Positions 39,401 through 53,867 of a stretch of 64,000 bases of DNA are shown here, piece after piece (position 1 is the first letter of the stretch; each line of letters begins with the position of its first letter). The notes beneath the pieces are model-generated. The model was not told the origin of the DNA and did no database searches. It was given only the letters and a program-made list of their open reading frames with translations. A program made the translations under genes and the position numbers. Source of the stretch: Trichoplax adhaerens (Eukaryota > Animalia > Placozoa); contig NW_002060947.1 in the NCBI RefSeq assembly GCF_000150275.1, positions 4,870,267 through 4,934,266 on the forward strand, read 5' to 3'.

Positions 39401-42400
39401 GAATGTATCATTAGCAATACCGGATGGTATACTGTAAGTAATTTTACCATATTTACCAGTATCTCGATCATAAGCAGCTACGCTTGCAATAAATGTATTT
39501 AATGGAACATTCTCGTTAATAGATGCTGTATAGATTGTTTTATTAAAGGTAGGTGCATGATCATTGACATCAACAACGTAAACTGTTAATTTCATGTAAG
39601 AGGATCTCCTTGGAATACCTTTGTCGGTAGCCGAAATATTAAGTGCATATTGCTTCTTACGTTCATAATCTAATTTGGAAGCAATGGATAATACACCATT
39701 ATCAACGTCAAGAGCAAATTTACCCTCATTATCGCCTTCTACGATGTGATATTCGATGTTGTTATTTTGACGTGAATCATCATCGACAGCTATAATTTGT
39801 GCAATAGTTGTACCAACACTTTCGTCTTCGTTGACAGCTTGAATATGACTTGTGCCGATAAATCGTGGCGCATTATCATTTTGATCAGCTACCCATATTA
39901 CAACATTAACTAAGCTAGTTTTCCTTTCAGAAATATTGACTGCTTGATCAGTAGCACTCGCAATAAGGTCATACTTGTAAACATTTTCATGATCAATAGC
40001 AGCAGCAGTATAAATGCAACCAGTAGTAGCATTCATGATGAAATGGCCGGTAACTGGTAAAACATTAACTATACCATAGCGAACTTTACCATTTTGGCCT
40101 AAATCTTTATCACTGGCATTAACGCAATTGACTTTAGAACCTAAAGGAGAATTTTCGGTTATACCAAAGTAGTAAGCACTTCGATCAAATGCTGGAGCAT
40201 TATCGTTGACATTGATAATTTGTATGGTAACTTCTACTACATCAGGTCTTGTATTTTTAATAGCATGACCTCGAACGTGATTTGTAGCCTAAAGGAGAAA
40301 AAAATAGTTTTTTTATATTTTTATAAACATAAGTAATGAACTAAAAATGTTATAGCGCTTTTATGTTTAACGTTGAACTGATACATGTTGCATAAATGAA
40401 AAGTATAATGAAGTTATTACAAGCTTTATATGATTTAGTAGTCGTAACGATCACGTATGTAGAAAAAAAATTTGATCATAGTAAGTAAATTCTTTCTTCA
40501 GGAGCCTCATAAAAATTGATAATATGAAAAGACTAGAGCTTAAGTTTTCTAATTTAATAGTAATATAATAACGACTATCTTCGAAGATGAAAATTGTGAA
40601 GAAGGATATTTACAATTTATCTCAATTAAATCACGTCTAAAACTCGAAATTACGCAATGGTAGTAAAACTTACCTCAACTAGCAGAGTATAACGTTGAAT
40701 TAATTCATAATTTAATGGCTTAAGATTGATGATCTTTCCGTTCTCCCGGTCAATCATAAATGTATTCCCAACATTGCCACTTTGAATCAAATAAGAAATC
40801 TTACTAGCACTAACGTCAGCATCAGTAGCTTTAACTGTAACAATGGTAGTATTTAATGGGATATTTTCCTTAATTGCAATAGTAATTTCTTGCTTTGTAA
40901 AGGTAGGAATATTATCATCCACATCGGTAACATTTACTTGAACAGTACACCAATCCATTTTAGCGGTTGCGCCTTCATCGGTTGCAGTCACATTAAGTCT
41001 ATAATATTGCCGTTTCTCAGCATCTAACGGACCATGGGTAGTAATTCTTCCAGTAGTTGCATTAATTATAAATGCGTTATTCGGATTGCCGTCAAGAATG
41101 GCATAAACAATTGATCCGCTTTTACCGATATCTTTGTCACTTGCTTGAACTTGTACAATCAATGTTCCAATTTCGACATTTTCAACAATACTGACAGGAT
41201 AATTATGCTTTGCAAACACTGGTAGATAATTGTTAACCTCGCCAACATTAATGATAACTTCTGTGGTTGCATTACGAGGAGTAATTCCTTGATCTCGTGC
41301 TATTACGGTTAAATTAAAAATTGATTGTACAGTACGATCAAGTAATGTCTTAGTTGTAATGATACCGGTTACTGGATTGATGGAAAAATTAGTGGAGCTA
41401 CCAGGTGCGCTAGCTTGCAAAAATTGATACGTAAGTTGAGCATTGAGACCAGTATCATCATCACGAGCATCAACATGTCCGACCCATGTGCCAATCGGTT
41501 GGCCTTGACTAACGCCAAAATTATAACTTATTTGTTGAAATTGAGGGCTATGATCGTTTTCATCCAAGACATGTATATCTAACGTTAAGATTGCTTGTCG
41601 TGGAGGATGGCCAGCATCTTGAGTTTTAACGAAAAGTGTATACGAAGATCGATTTTCATAATCTAACGATTTTTTGATGGTAATTCTGCCAGTGGTAGTA
41701 TTAATATCGAAATGATTATTTTGTGTTACATTAACAAATGAGTATGATAACTGGCTATTTGTACCAGCGTCAGGATCAGTCGCTTTTACTTGATAAACTA
41801 ATGTACCGGCGGTACTTGCTTCGCTAATATTGACACTAACGTGTGATTGTTTAAACTGTGGAGCATTATCATTATTATCTAAAATTTGAATCGTTAATAA
41901 CATCCACGATAGAAATTTATCTTGGCTACGATCAGTGGCAGTAATATTGAGTGTTATAATATTCACCAATTCACGATCTAACGACTGCATTAAGGTAATA
42001 TTACCATTTCGACTATCAATAGCAAAAGAATTGAAAAAATTCTCGACTATACCATAGGTAATTTGACCATTTTGGCCAGAATCTTTGTCATGAGCGATAG
42101 CCTGATATATAACAGTACCGATTGTCGTATTCTCGAATAGTTGAATAGCTTGATTTGATTTGTCAAATTGTGGATAGTTATCATTGATATCATTGACTTG
42201 AACTTGCGCTTGTGTTTGTCCAACAAGTGGTGGTAATCCACTATCTTTGGCATTAATTGTTAGTGTCAATTGAGATACTGTTTCACGATCGATTGCTTTC
42301 TGTGTTGTAATATAGCCAGTTTGATTAATCTGAAGTAAGTGTTGTGGATCGCCTTGGCTAATCGAATATCGTATTTGGCCAGTGGTACCTTGTTCACTAG

Positions 42401-44795
42401 TTTTTGCACTGACAATACCAACAATACTACCGATTGGTTGATTTTCCGTGATTGTAAAATTATATAACGGATAATCAAATACAGGCGGTTGTTCATATGG
42501 ACCTACAATACTAATGCTAACATTGGCAGACTGATTGGATTGCAAGTTACCATTATCGATTGCTTGAACCAATAATACAGTGTAGTTTATTTGTGTATGG
42601 TTAATCTTACGTTCTAAGAAAATTTGACCAGTAGTCGAATTCAGTCGAAAATGATCATCCAGGGGCGGTAGAAATTGATAGCGAATAATTGCATTATTAC
42701 CTTGATCTTGATCGCTTGCACTAAGTGTACAGATTAATTGACCAATGGGTGCAATATCACGTAGGTTGATATTATAATGCAAAGGATTAAATATAGGCCG
42801 ATTATCGTTAATATCATTGACTTGAATACGCACTTCAACTTGAGCACTTCGACCACCTTGATCTTGCGCTACCACATAAAATGTATAATTATTGATAGTT
42901 TCTCGATCCAATAATTGCACTGTACGTATAACACCATCGCTTTTACCGACAGTAAATACTGAGCTGCCTTGAAGTTGGCTCATAGAATAAGTGACTTGGT
43001 TGTCAACAGTGTCAGGATCGATAGCTTGGACAGTAATAACAGGTGTACCAATGGCTGCATTCTCGTCGACGTTGCCTGAATACGATTGAAATCGAAAGTA
43101 TGGCGGATTATCATTGGCATCTAAAATGGTTATGTTGACATTGCAGGTACTAGTGTAGAGTCCATCGCTAGCTTGAATGATTAAATCAACCTTTTTAGTA
43201 ACATCATAGTCCAATTGATCAACTGTTTTAATCATACCGGTAGTAGAATTGATAGCAAACCAATTAGAGTAAGCGCTAGTGACAATGGAATAAGTAATTT
43301 GAGCATTAGCACCTTGATCACGATCATTTGCTTTCACAGTCACTACTTTCGTACCAATAGGCACGGATTCATTGATACTGGTAGAATAAACGTTTGGATT
43401 AAAAACAGGTGAATTATCATTTGCATCTTGGACATGGATGGTTGCAACTTTACTTGTCGACAACGTTGGCTGATTTCGATAGTAGGCAGTAATATTTATA
43501 GTATAATTGGATTGAGTTTCGCGATCTAATAATTTTTGTAATACTACAAGCCAGCTGCGTGGTGATTCAGTAGTATTTAATTGGAAATAGCCCTGCCCGC
43601 CGGTTAAGGTTAAGATAACATCTTGATATTGGCTACTTGAATCAATTTGGGTAATATCAATTTTAATAACCTTAGTATTAACTTTAGCGTCTTCATTGAC
43701 GTAAGCACCGCCACTATGATAGTAGGTTAGGGCAATAACTGGAGGCTTATCAATAATATTGATAACTTGAATTGTTGCAAAGCTTGTGGTTGGACTATCA
43801 CCGGGATTATTAGCACCAATAGTTAAGCCATACGATGAACGGCTTTCATAATCTAATTGTCGTTGAACTTGAATTTGACCAGTTGTTGAATTGATACTAA
43901 ATGCTTGACTAGATGGTTGACTTATTATACTATATAGAATTTTAGCATTGTTGCCAGCGTCGCGATCGCTAGCATAGACGCGTAGAACAACGGTACCGAT
44001 GGTAGCATTTTCCACAACTTGACCATTATATTGGCTTTGATTAAAAGTTGGACGGTTATCGTTAGCATCGACAACAGTAACATTAACAATCATGGTATCT
44101 TTCAAGGATGGCTGGCCACCATCTTCAGCTTGAATAGTTAATTGATAAAATGGTAGATGCTCACGATCGAGTGGTTTTATAATCATCAAACTAACAAAGT
44201 CGAAATTAGTTGAAGTTGAACGTTGTACTTGAAGTGCAAACGCTTGATTTTTGTTACCACTTTGGATTGTATAACTTAATCTACCATTAGCGCCAGTATC
44301 AGGATCAGTAGCAGCATCGATTGCTTGTGTTGATCCATTAGGGGCAATCTCGGAAAATTGGATTGCTAATTGATGTCTTTGAAATACAGGTTGATTGTCG
44401 TTAACATCATTAACATGAACGGTGATAATAGCGGTCCGTGGACCAGGTGTAATGCTAGCGGTCATAATTAAACTTGTTTGTACTTCACGATCTAAAATTT
44501 GAGTAGTATAGATAATTCCTGTCGTCGAATTAATATTAAGTTGGCTACTGCCGGTTGATTTTGTATATCGAGGATCATTGAGATCGGTTTGCGTGATATT
44601 GCCAACTATTGTTCCAATTGATTGATTTTCTGCAATGTAAAATGTGTATCTTTGTATCGTACCTTGACCATTAGCAGTAGGTATCCAATTAGCCATCGAT
44701 AACCATGCAATAAACAACATGGCTATAGTTATTGGACGATGATGGCTAATCATCTTTAGTCGATCAACATGGCCACTACAAGTTGCAGTAGCCAT
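33440..44795 (-). CDS. DCHS: Dachsous-type giant cadherin (~3495 aa, ~27 cadherin repeats, single TM)
   Basis: Three exons, 44795-40674, 40288-38706 and 38222-33440, join in frame at GT-AG sites (VE|ATNH; IA-S-YNF). Signal peptide ...ITIAMLFIAWLSMANWIPTANG; repeated DxNDNxP, DRE/DYE and AxDxD motifs; no EGF or LamG before the TM (IIIIALGVALLVSMLIIVLIVI). The cytoplasmic SSGRGSSE, EGGGE and FEPNYNSVKDIVDDIA resemble conserved Dachsous motifs. The start could instead be the downstream ATG at 44753. Repeat count estimated from length. Confidence 0.9.
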
Positions 44796-45721
44796 GTTGA
44801 GATGAAAGTAATTTGATGCGATTTTAATGTTTTTTTTGGGCTTGGTTACTCGATTACTGCACAATGATTAGTAGATTGAGTTATTGAAATATCAATCTAT
44901 ATTAGAGTACAGCAGGTAATAATGAATTACCGAGATATTGAGAATTGATTTAGTTGTAAAAAAGATTACGATAAAATAGTATTCTTTAAAATTACCTGTC
45001 TAGCGAAATTTTTAACGATGATTATAGTTCGACATTACATCTTGTCGTGAAAAGAATGTACTTTTTTGTTTCATGAAGAAATATCAAACTTGGACGCTAT
45101 ATTCTTTAATTAAGCAGCGCGGTTATGTGAAAAATTAAAATTTTGACGGGTAAAAATTTTCCATTGCCTATAAATTTTATCTTTATAAGATTAAGATGAT
45201 TGAATAATAGGCAATTAGCTAATTAATAAGGCAGTGATTGACCACGACGACGCTGAATTTTCACGATAAAATAAAAAAAGGTAAGGTTTAAACCAAGTCG
45301 GGATTACCCAGAATATATAACCGCTTGTTATTAACTCAATAATGGGAAATGGCTCAAATTAATTGGTTCTAGTGTTGTAGAGAAGTGAATTCTCTATTTT
45401 TTTTTTCGACGTCTCGATATAAAAATAATTCTTTAATTCACTCCTTAACATTAATAGATATGCGAGTTTATTGATATAGACGATTGACCATCACCATATG
45501 CACAGTTATTTGAATACGGAAATCAAACATAATCATAGGCAGATTTCATGATTAAGATTGAAGTAACGCCGGTGGATAAGTAGAAGAATCGTAAAAGACA
45601 AAGTAAGAAAATAAGTAACAAGAATTAGCAAGTGTTTAATAGAAATCGATTGCAGGATTACTTTCTATTTGATCATAAAATAAAGTTGTTAATAATACAT
45701 ATAGCCAGTTTAAGCTATCGA

Positions 45722-45739
45722 TGTGTGTGTGTGTGTGTG
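45722..45739. repeat. (TG)9 microsatellite upstream of Dachsous
   Basis: tgtgtgtgtgtgtgtgtg. Confidence 0.9.
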
Positions 45740-46993
45740 ACGAAAGTCTCTCCTTGTATTAAATGCAAGTGTCCATTACAATATCGTAGACTAATCTATG
45801 AGGATGTCTTCTATCTAATCCAATTTGGGCTTCACTTTATAGTATTGTTACGTTATATATTTTATTTAGAATAGATTTTCAAATTTGTCACACGAATTAA
45901 TCCTACAGTAAATAGTGTCATGGAGCGAACTGCGCGTATGACCACCTTTTCATCCTTATTCTCTACTAACCGACATAAAAGTTGCCGATTCTTACATTCT
46001 GGTGTAAAAAAAAATGAATTTTTTTAACCGTTACTTTATTAATGTGAGTTATTACTAAATGACAAGGTGGTGTCAGTGTCTACTTGCATGTCATGAAATC
46101 AAGTAAAAACTATCGATGGCAAAAAAAATAGAGAGGAAAAACTTTAAAGTTAAATTTATACTGAAAATAAAAAAAATGAGGTTGACTTTATACAATGGCG
46201 TCGACAAGGTTCGTGGTCATTGTTTAAGGCTTCAATTATATTAGTATGACTGGATAGTTACCGTTAAATTAAGTTAAATTGATTACCGTGTCGATCAATT
46301 TGGAGAATAGGAAAAGGAAGATTGGCAATCGATTGAAGACTAGACAGGTTTATAGATGGTGTGAAAAGATGATGGCAGTTGAAAATTTTGCATCATTTGC
46401 AAGTGATGCTTGTTATCCTACCCAATTCTAAGTTTATGCGTGTAATTAACAAAGCATAACAGGAAATATTAACTAAGTTTCAAATGAGTGCTTTTATGAT
46501 GTTTGATACATGTTTGTACTGAACTGCAACATGCTCTTCACAACGATCAAGACTGGCTAGCTCTCCCATGGAAATTAATATTCAATTACTACCAAGTTCA
46601 ATTCAATGATGCAATTAACGCGTGGTGATTTAGAAGTAGTTGCTAATCTACTTATTTTCTATTTCTTTTACCTAATTTTGAATCCAACTTTCTTCTTTCT
46701 CCTTCCCTCACTCTCTGTCTTGCTTAATAACAAGCGATGCAGTCAGAAGTAGCGTTCTTCAAAGACTCCAGTAATCTTCCCCTTTTGACTTTCAACGTAG
46801 TCAATTCACTATAGGGCTGGAAATTGTGTACACGTTGAGTGGGTGTTTTTACCATATCTATTGTTATCTAGTGCCTCTATTACCATATCTAGAAACTATT
46901 GTTTAGTAATTACGTTCAACAATACATAACTTTGATGACCACATGATCACATAATAATAGACACGTCGAAAAGCACGAAGAAAGGCACGATCG

Positions 46994-47841
46994 TGTACAG
47001 TACTGTACAGTTCAATACTATAGGAGTGTGTCAACGGGCGAAACCAAACCACACAGTGTACAGTGTACAGTTCTGTACTGTACATTGCGCAAAACCTTCC
47101 TTGTTACTTTATACTGTAGCAGTTGGCGTACTTTAATGAATGATTACGACTAAAGTAGACGTCTTAGTTGTATTTTAACGGCGGATTCGTCTACATGAAC
47201 TCTTTCTCTATCGGCTGATATAAAACTTACTACAAGATCAAACTATTTTTATGTATTCGTTTCTACCAACATCCTTGATACTGTACGGTACACTGAGAGT
47301 ACAGTGTACAGTACAGTACGGTCCACCTTGTACTGTACAGTAGTACTGTACTGTAGAACGTTCAGATTTTAAACTGCAGGAGTAAAGTGGCCGGTCAATG
47401 ACCGGGTGACTGTATACAGTACTATATATCACTGCAGTCTGCTTGTGACATTGCAGCCTCAGTGGTATGCATTGGATGGCATTGTGCCAATAACTAGCGA
47501 TCGTACCAGTGGGACATGACCAATGTCCAACTGGTCAACAACCAATTAGGACCGACGTAACTAAGCCTTGCCATCATCTCCTTTCCACTTTTTCCCAGCC
47601 GGTGGTATCCCACATGCAGGATCACAGCGCGTTCCATTCGTTCCTATTCATCCAATTGGAAATGTTTCGCTGAATCCACTCTAATGAATAGTACATATAA
47701 GTTGACTTTTGTCTCTTCTGTCAAGAAAAACAGGCATCGATTGATGGGCCTCTTAATTGATTAAAGTATTGTATCATGGACTGAAATGGAAGTGATTGCT
47801 CAACCGTTCGTTGTACTGTACACTAGTGTACACTGTACAGT
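46994..47841. promoter_or_regulatory. Cluster of GTAC/TACAGT palindromes upstream of Dachsous (putative regulatory region)
   Basis: Perfect 16-bp palindromes TGTACAGTACTGTACA (46994-47009) and TGTACACTAGTGTACA (47817-47832), plus dense tgtacag/ctgtac arrays at 47055-47084 and 47280-47356. Function is inferred only. Confidence 0.4.
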
Positions 47842-50800
47842 AGACTCAGACAATCATGGACTACTCGATGCATTGTAGTTTAGTAGTCATTGATGGAATA
47901 ATCTTCATCCATTGCAAGTCTTACACCAATGTGTGCAATCATCTAGTCTAAAATCACCGGCAATACCGGCATGACTCATGCACAAATAATTTCCTACGCG
48001 TTAAACTACCAGCTCAAGACAACGCTGCCAACATAACACAATAAATTAGCTGTACATATTATACTGTACGCTGCCGAGAAACTACTAACTTCACCATGAT
48101 GCGATCAGGCACTACCACACCGCTACTTTCTAAAAAGCAAACACAGCCTTTAAACTGTATCGAACATACATAGATGCAAGTCCATCGATCTTGCATTCTC
48201 TCGTATTTATTTATTTATGGTGAAATATTCATGGGAGAGAGAGAAATATGTAGTGAAGCTTTGTTTCAACCACCATTATTGAGACTTACTTACTTTGTTT
48301 AATTCAATTTTGGTAAGTAAAGCGATCATTTAGAATCACACTTCGATTTGAAAGAACACAAGAGCAAGTCAATAAATTATTTTTGATCGTCATCTATTCA
48401 ACATTTCATAAATTCCATCCATAGTGCTGACGACATGACTAAATCATTAAAATTATCACAGTTTGAAATCGCATGGCAGACAGGGCTGGATGTCGTCTAT
48501 TTTGCAACAATGCATGACTCCGTTGGTGTCCTACATTCATGCACTTTGAAATCAACAATGCCAATCTTGCCCTAGCATTGAATATTTCCATTATTGCCCA
48601 TGGACCAGAATAGCCAAATGGATCGCACAAACTGCTAAAATTACCAAACTAGGCCATAGAAGAGGATTCTAGTTTTACCCATTCAACATAGCTTGTCGAT
48701 AAATCATTTATCCAACGATCGAGTGAGTCATTTCCAGCTTTCTTAACTTACTCAACTGTATTGGTTGACTCATTAATAAAATAAAATCGAAATTGACCCA
48801 TAGATTACATCACTCCTAAATTCATAGGATATTTGTCATTGCCAAATTGACTCAATCTTAGCTACTACAACAATATTGATGCTTTCATTACTAATTAAGA
48901 TCTCATATTTGCATTAATTAATAGACGTCCAAACGACTACAGCATTTGTACATTGATTGATAAAGCCCAAAAATAGACCTAGACCTGATAGAAGTAGTAG
49001 AGTCGTAGACTACCGGTATATCAAGTCATGAGAAGGTTGTTGCTTTCCAGGATACTTACCGGTATATGCGACTAATAGAAGCTGGTTACTGATTTATTCG
49101 TTGCGTTGAGCGCGCAAACTTACAAGTTACGGGAAATCAACGATAATTATAATAGTATATAATTGGATAGAAGGTTCATTTCATTCATTGACCTCGTTGC
49201 TTATGCGCTTACTGCAGGCAATCGGGTTAAGCAAAGTATACAGTATACGGTATATCCTCTTAAGATATAATTTAATGATCAGCTCTACTGAAATGGACTC
49301 CATTTGAATCGCAAGGTTCATTACTAAAGAATTTTTGATGACTACATAAAAATCGCTGTTGATATTCTCTACATATAGTAAACCCATTAATAATAATGAT
49401 AAACAACACGAAAAGTCGATAAAAAAATGATGTGACACAGTACAACATTCAATTTACTCTTCATACTAAAGTCTCGAGACTACACGCATTCGTAGCAGTC
49501 TTTATACACATACATGCTTACCATCCTAAATGATATCAAACACTACTTTGATTAGGTAAAGACAGCAAGATAATAATGATAGAAACATAGGGTGATTTGA
49601 TTCATTAATTCATCCTAAATATTTTCCTGACAGGTCATGCAAATAGGTACAGCTGCATAGTGTTGCATACGCTTACTTTAGAAGCGTTGAATACTGACAA
49701 AAATGGGCATCGCATTGTGCGTATACTAGGTCATAAGAGAAAAGAAAAAAATCTAGAGTTATTTTTAATTTTCTTAACTCTTGTTGATTACTTCCATATC
49801 ACGCTATACAAGTTGTATTCACCTTCGATATTTAAATAATAATCGATATATTATTTGCATTACAGTTGATTGATAGGGTTTATGCATACATGCATTATGT
49901 CATGTATACCTTTGGGTTGATCTAGATGTTGTTTATTATATTACCGATTAATATATAGCCGATCAAAATAGGTTAATGTTTATCTACATGTAAATCACGA
50001 CTTCTTTGAGGAAAACCCGATTTCGAAAATATGTGTAAAACGGTCATGAGTATAATAGCTCTAGATCAGCATAATTTATACCATCCGTTGCAAATGAAGA
50101 TCATTCATGCAAAATTGTAAAGTCTATAGTTTAGGCCATATACTACATCAAATTGTTATACAGTGCCTTTCGTATAACAGTTGTTCCATTAGCAGCATTA
50201 GATAAACAATTTGATGGCATAAATTAACAATGATATGTAACAATAATAGCCTACATCATTAATTTCAACATAACTAATCAAGACATAACAGAGAATTAGC
50301 AACGTTAACCCATAACGTGAGTTGTTATTTCTTTTGATAATAGAATTTTTTAACATGTATTAGTGCTCTAATCTTTGCTTGTTTTATGATGTAGTCTTAA
50401 AGTAAGATAACTTTCTCTTAATGAAATGCAACTGATTCCAATAGTTCTACTGATCTGCTGAGAAGGAATGACTTCCAAATTATTATCGCATCTTCGTAGA
50501 AATCAAAACTTAACTTCATACTCGTATAGTTATTAGATACTAATTAATCAAGGAATACTGCGATTAACAAACTTGCTTGCATACAGCAAATAGAAAAATT
50601 AGACTATCTCGAGCACTTACTATTTATATATTCTGCCAGTTTTTTTTGCATTTACTTTAGTGCATGTATATATAGTAATTGTCTATAATTTGCTTGCTCT
50701 TTTGAATGTTATTTTCTGCAAAGGCAAGCCCACATAGCGAAAATATTTTCACTATGCGACGCACTTATCATAAAATTCGATTAATACGTATGAAGTGGAC

Positions 50801-53443
50801 AGAAAGAATTTATTTATAACTAATTTAATTAATGCATTTCTGCGCAGATCATTCGTTGAACCGATTTGGTGAGGTCAATTAATTAAAGAGGTTTGCATAT
50901 CATGGAAGAACTTAAGTTTAATATACAAATATACTGAATACAGATGGTTACAAATGATTAAATATTAGGTTTTTCTTAAGGTTAATAATTAATTATAGTC
51001 ATACTAAAGCCAAATTCTACTTCCAGGTTAATGAAAGGGAACTTTATGTTTGTTAGCGAACTTTCCTATCATGTATCCCGATGAATATCATTATGATAAA
51101 CTTCATTTAAAGAACAAGCTTCAAATCGTAGCTTTCCAAGGATAACACTGAAACATAACAGCCGCACATTTTTTTTCTGCTACAATTAAATTAAAAACCG
51201 ATGACATTTTCCACATTATTTTAGCCTGCAGAGCATAACAAGTCATTAAAATAATTATTTTTAATTCTTTTAGTATGTTTTATTTGAATCTCTGTTATCC
51301 TTTTGTTTAATTAAATATATTGTTCAGTTTCTTTCATCTTTAATTAATTACTCTCTCTTTAATCAATAATGTTCAAATTTAACACACCTTAAATAATATC
51401 TCGTATATAATTAACAGGTAGCAATATAGACTGTAACTGAGTCTGTGTTGAAGTAAGTATAGTTAGCAACGATAAAAAGGTAGTATTGCTCTAATAAATG
51501 GTCTTGTGTAGCAAATTTCATCTAATAACTGCCGCTATCGTCATGCGTAGAAATAAAAATTGCTACTATCAAGTTTACGAATAAGCAACTCGTCAGAGCT
51601 TATTTTGCATCTTACAATTTTCTTTACATTAATAATATAATCAATCAAAGGAATGGTGGACAACCTGATATTATATTAATCGTAAATTCTTTTCTCTTTT
51701 GAGGTTTAACATCGGTTATATTAGCTAGGTCATTTACATCAATACATGATACCGGTAGTGAAATTTAAACTATCAGTTCAAAGTCACTAAAATTAAAATG
51801 TTATTTATTTTCTGATTGGTGAATACGGTATTCTCAGTGATATTACGAACTAACTAGCCTATATATCATACAGTAGCTTTACAATTGCTTAGACGGCAAA
51901 GGAAATGCTGTAATGTATGAATATACCAGATCATTCAACATGCATTACTAAAACATTACAAAAACGATTTTGATTAGATAATGTAGCTATCACAAGCGAT
52001 AAATGATCACTAACCAATTGAATATCGGAATTTATAAAGCAATCGATGTTAATGCAAGGAGGATTAGCTACTTCAAGAATCAAGGCATTATTGCAAGCAA
52101 ACACTAAATTAATTAATAAGTAAGCTATCAGCTAGATATGATATTGTAACAACAAGTACGGCATGGGGTAATGGAAGTCAATAGGTGCAAACTAATTTCA
52201 CTCTCGCAGTAATAGTTTCTCATAGGGTGTCGTTGAAATGCCAACTAAAATCATAAAGTATAATCAGTTTATTGATAATGCATAGCTTGTGTATTGTACT
52301 GATAATTCAATAGCTCCAATACAGAAACGTGTAATTAATATTCCCTACCGCGTTTTGATACCTAACTGTGAGTTTCTCCCGTTTTCTCCGCCCTTTAAGA
52401 CAATTTTAAGTGCAGCATTATGCGATATAAGAAAGAATATTTGGTAAAGTTATTTAGATGAACCTAAAGTGATGGCTTATTTATCTCATTTATTGCTCGA
52501 TGACCTGTAGGTAATAAATTATACCATCCATGTACTTTGTCTGGAGCTTTTCGCATCCATACCTTTGAAATATTTAGTTATAGTTTCTATAACATATAAC
52601 TACAATTTCATCTCAGATTCAAAATTTGCATGCTGGGGAAGTTTAAAAAATGTCTTACACATTTCGAAAGTTCTAGTAATGAAGTAGCCGAAGAAAATTT
52701 TTTTAGATAGAGATTAGTGGCCTTTATGGTAACTTTTTTTTCGAAGTATTGAACGTAGATAATAGTATCACACCTCATTCGCTGGTACAACTTGTATCAT
52801 TAACATAAAGTAATCAATTAGTAAAGGATATTGATGTGTTGGATTTAAATTGAGTGATATATTCAGCGTCCCATTATGTGACCATGAATACACATAGCTA
52901 TTATCAGGCACGATGATAAATAAAATGTCGGTAATAGAAGTAAAAATTTAATGAATCAATGGGTTATTTTATACAAAGAAGTTAATAAATATAAAAGTAC
53001 AATTCGTTGATCTAATACTCTTAAACCGAAATACTAACTCGCCTATCAATTTGTATTTTTGAGCTTTAACTAGAGGCAATTTATTAAGGCTTTGAATTCT
53101 GTTCGATAGCTCAATCGGTACCATTTTATAGGAGGTTGCTATATCATATTGCACGCGTCGCGAATTATTTGTCATAAATCAGCTTATTTGAGGCATAGAG
53201 TCTATTTATCATCTTTTTGTTAACGTGTAGTACTTCTACCTAAAACAAAAGTTTTCATAAAATTCATATTCAATTGAATTACTAAATGTATTTAAGATGT
53301 CATGCTGTTATACTAATGATCAAATTTGAAGGGTTATGGGTATGAGGTCAGGACTCGCGATTGGGTTTGAAAGGACACTAATAACTTTAGAATTTTGCAT
53401 ACAGGATTTACTATTATTTGCTATTAGGATTAGATTGTATGCT

Positions 53444-53867
53444 TGTGACACAGTTATATACTGTATTAGAGCAGAAATATCTATGCTAGGATATTTTTGT
53501 TAGCCTATCCTTATTTAGTTAACTTCTAATTTGGATATACTGTGTTTTAATATAGCACTAGCTTTTTATGACAGTGACATATATACATGTACTGAAATTA
53601 ATAGTTATAGTGAATGATTCCAAAGTTAGTTGTACTATGACTCATGAACTATTGAGGAAGAGTATATAAACGCAATATATTATGTAATAAAGTTAATTCT
53701 TAAACTTAATGTTTAGCATAAAATACGAGGCGTCGAAGTCTTTGTGCAGACTGCTAGTAGAGCAAAAGTGTTCCTGATAGTGCAGATATCGTTCCTTGGC
53801 ACGTAGTTCAAGGAATTGACTTATTAATCGTACATTACGTTATCTTGTTGCAAAGCTGTTTGTGACA
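53444..53867 (-). mobile_element. TG...CA element, copy C (424 bp, internally deleted)
   Basis: Reverse complement of both arms of copies A/B joined near 53610, with about 200 bp of the middle missing. Both termini are intact. Flanking direct repeat TGCT (53440-53443 / 53868-53871). Confidence 0.85.

Noticed and set aside
37622-43412. Short antisense or alternate-frame ORFs overlapping Dachsous
   Set aside because: Shadow ORFs of a long coding sequence, with no recognisable motifs.
33440-44864. Three separate cadherin genes (1584, 463 and 1404 aa ORFs)
   Set aside because: They splice in frame through canonical sites into one protein with a single signal peptide and a single TM.
48439-48630. 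63-aa ORF in the Dachsous upstream region
   Set aside because: GTG start, no recognisable domain and no supporting splice chain.
49052-49062. ATACTTACC resembling the U1 snRNA 5' end
   Set aside because: The downstream sequence does not match U1; it is just the complement of a 5' splice-site-like word.
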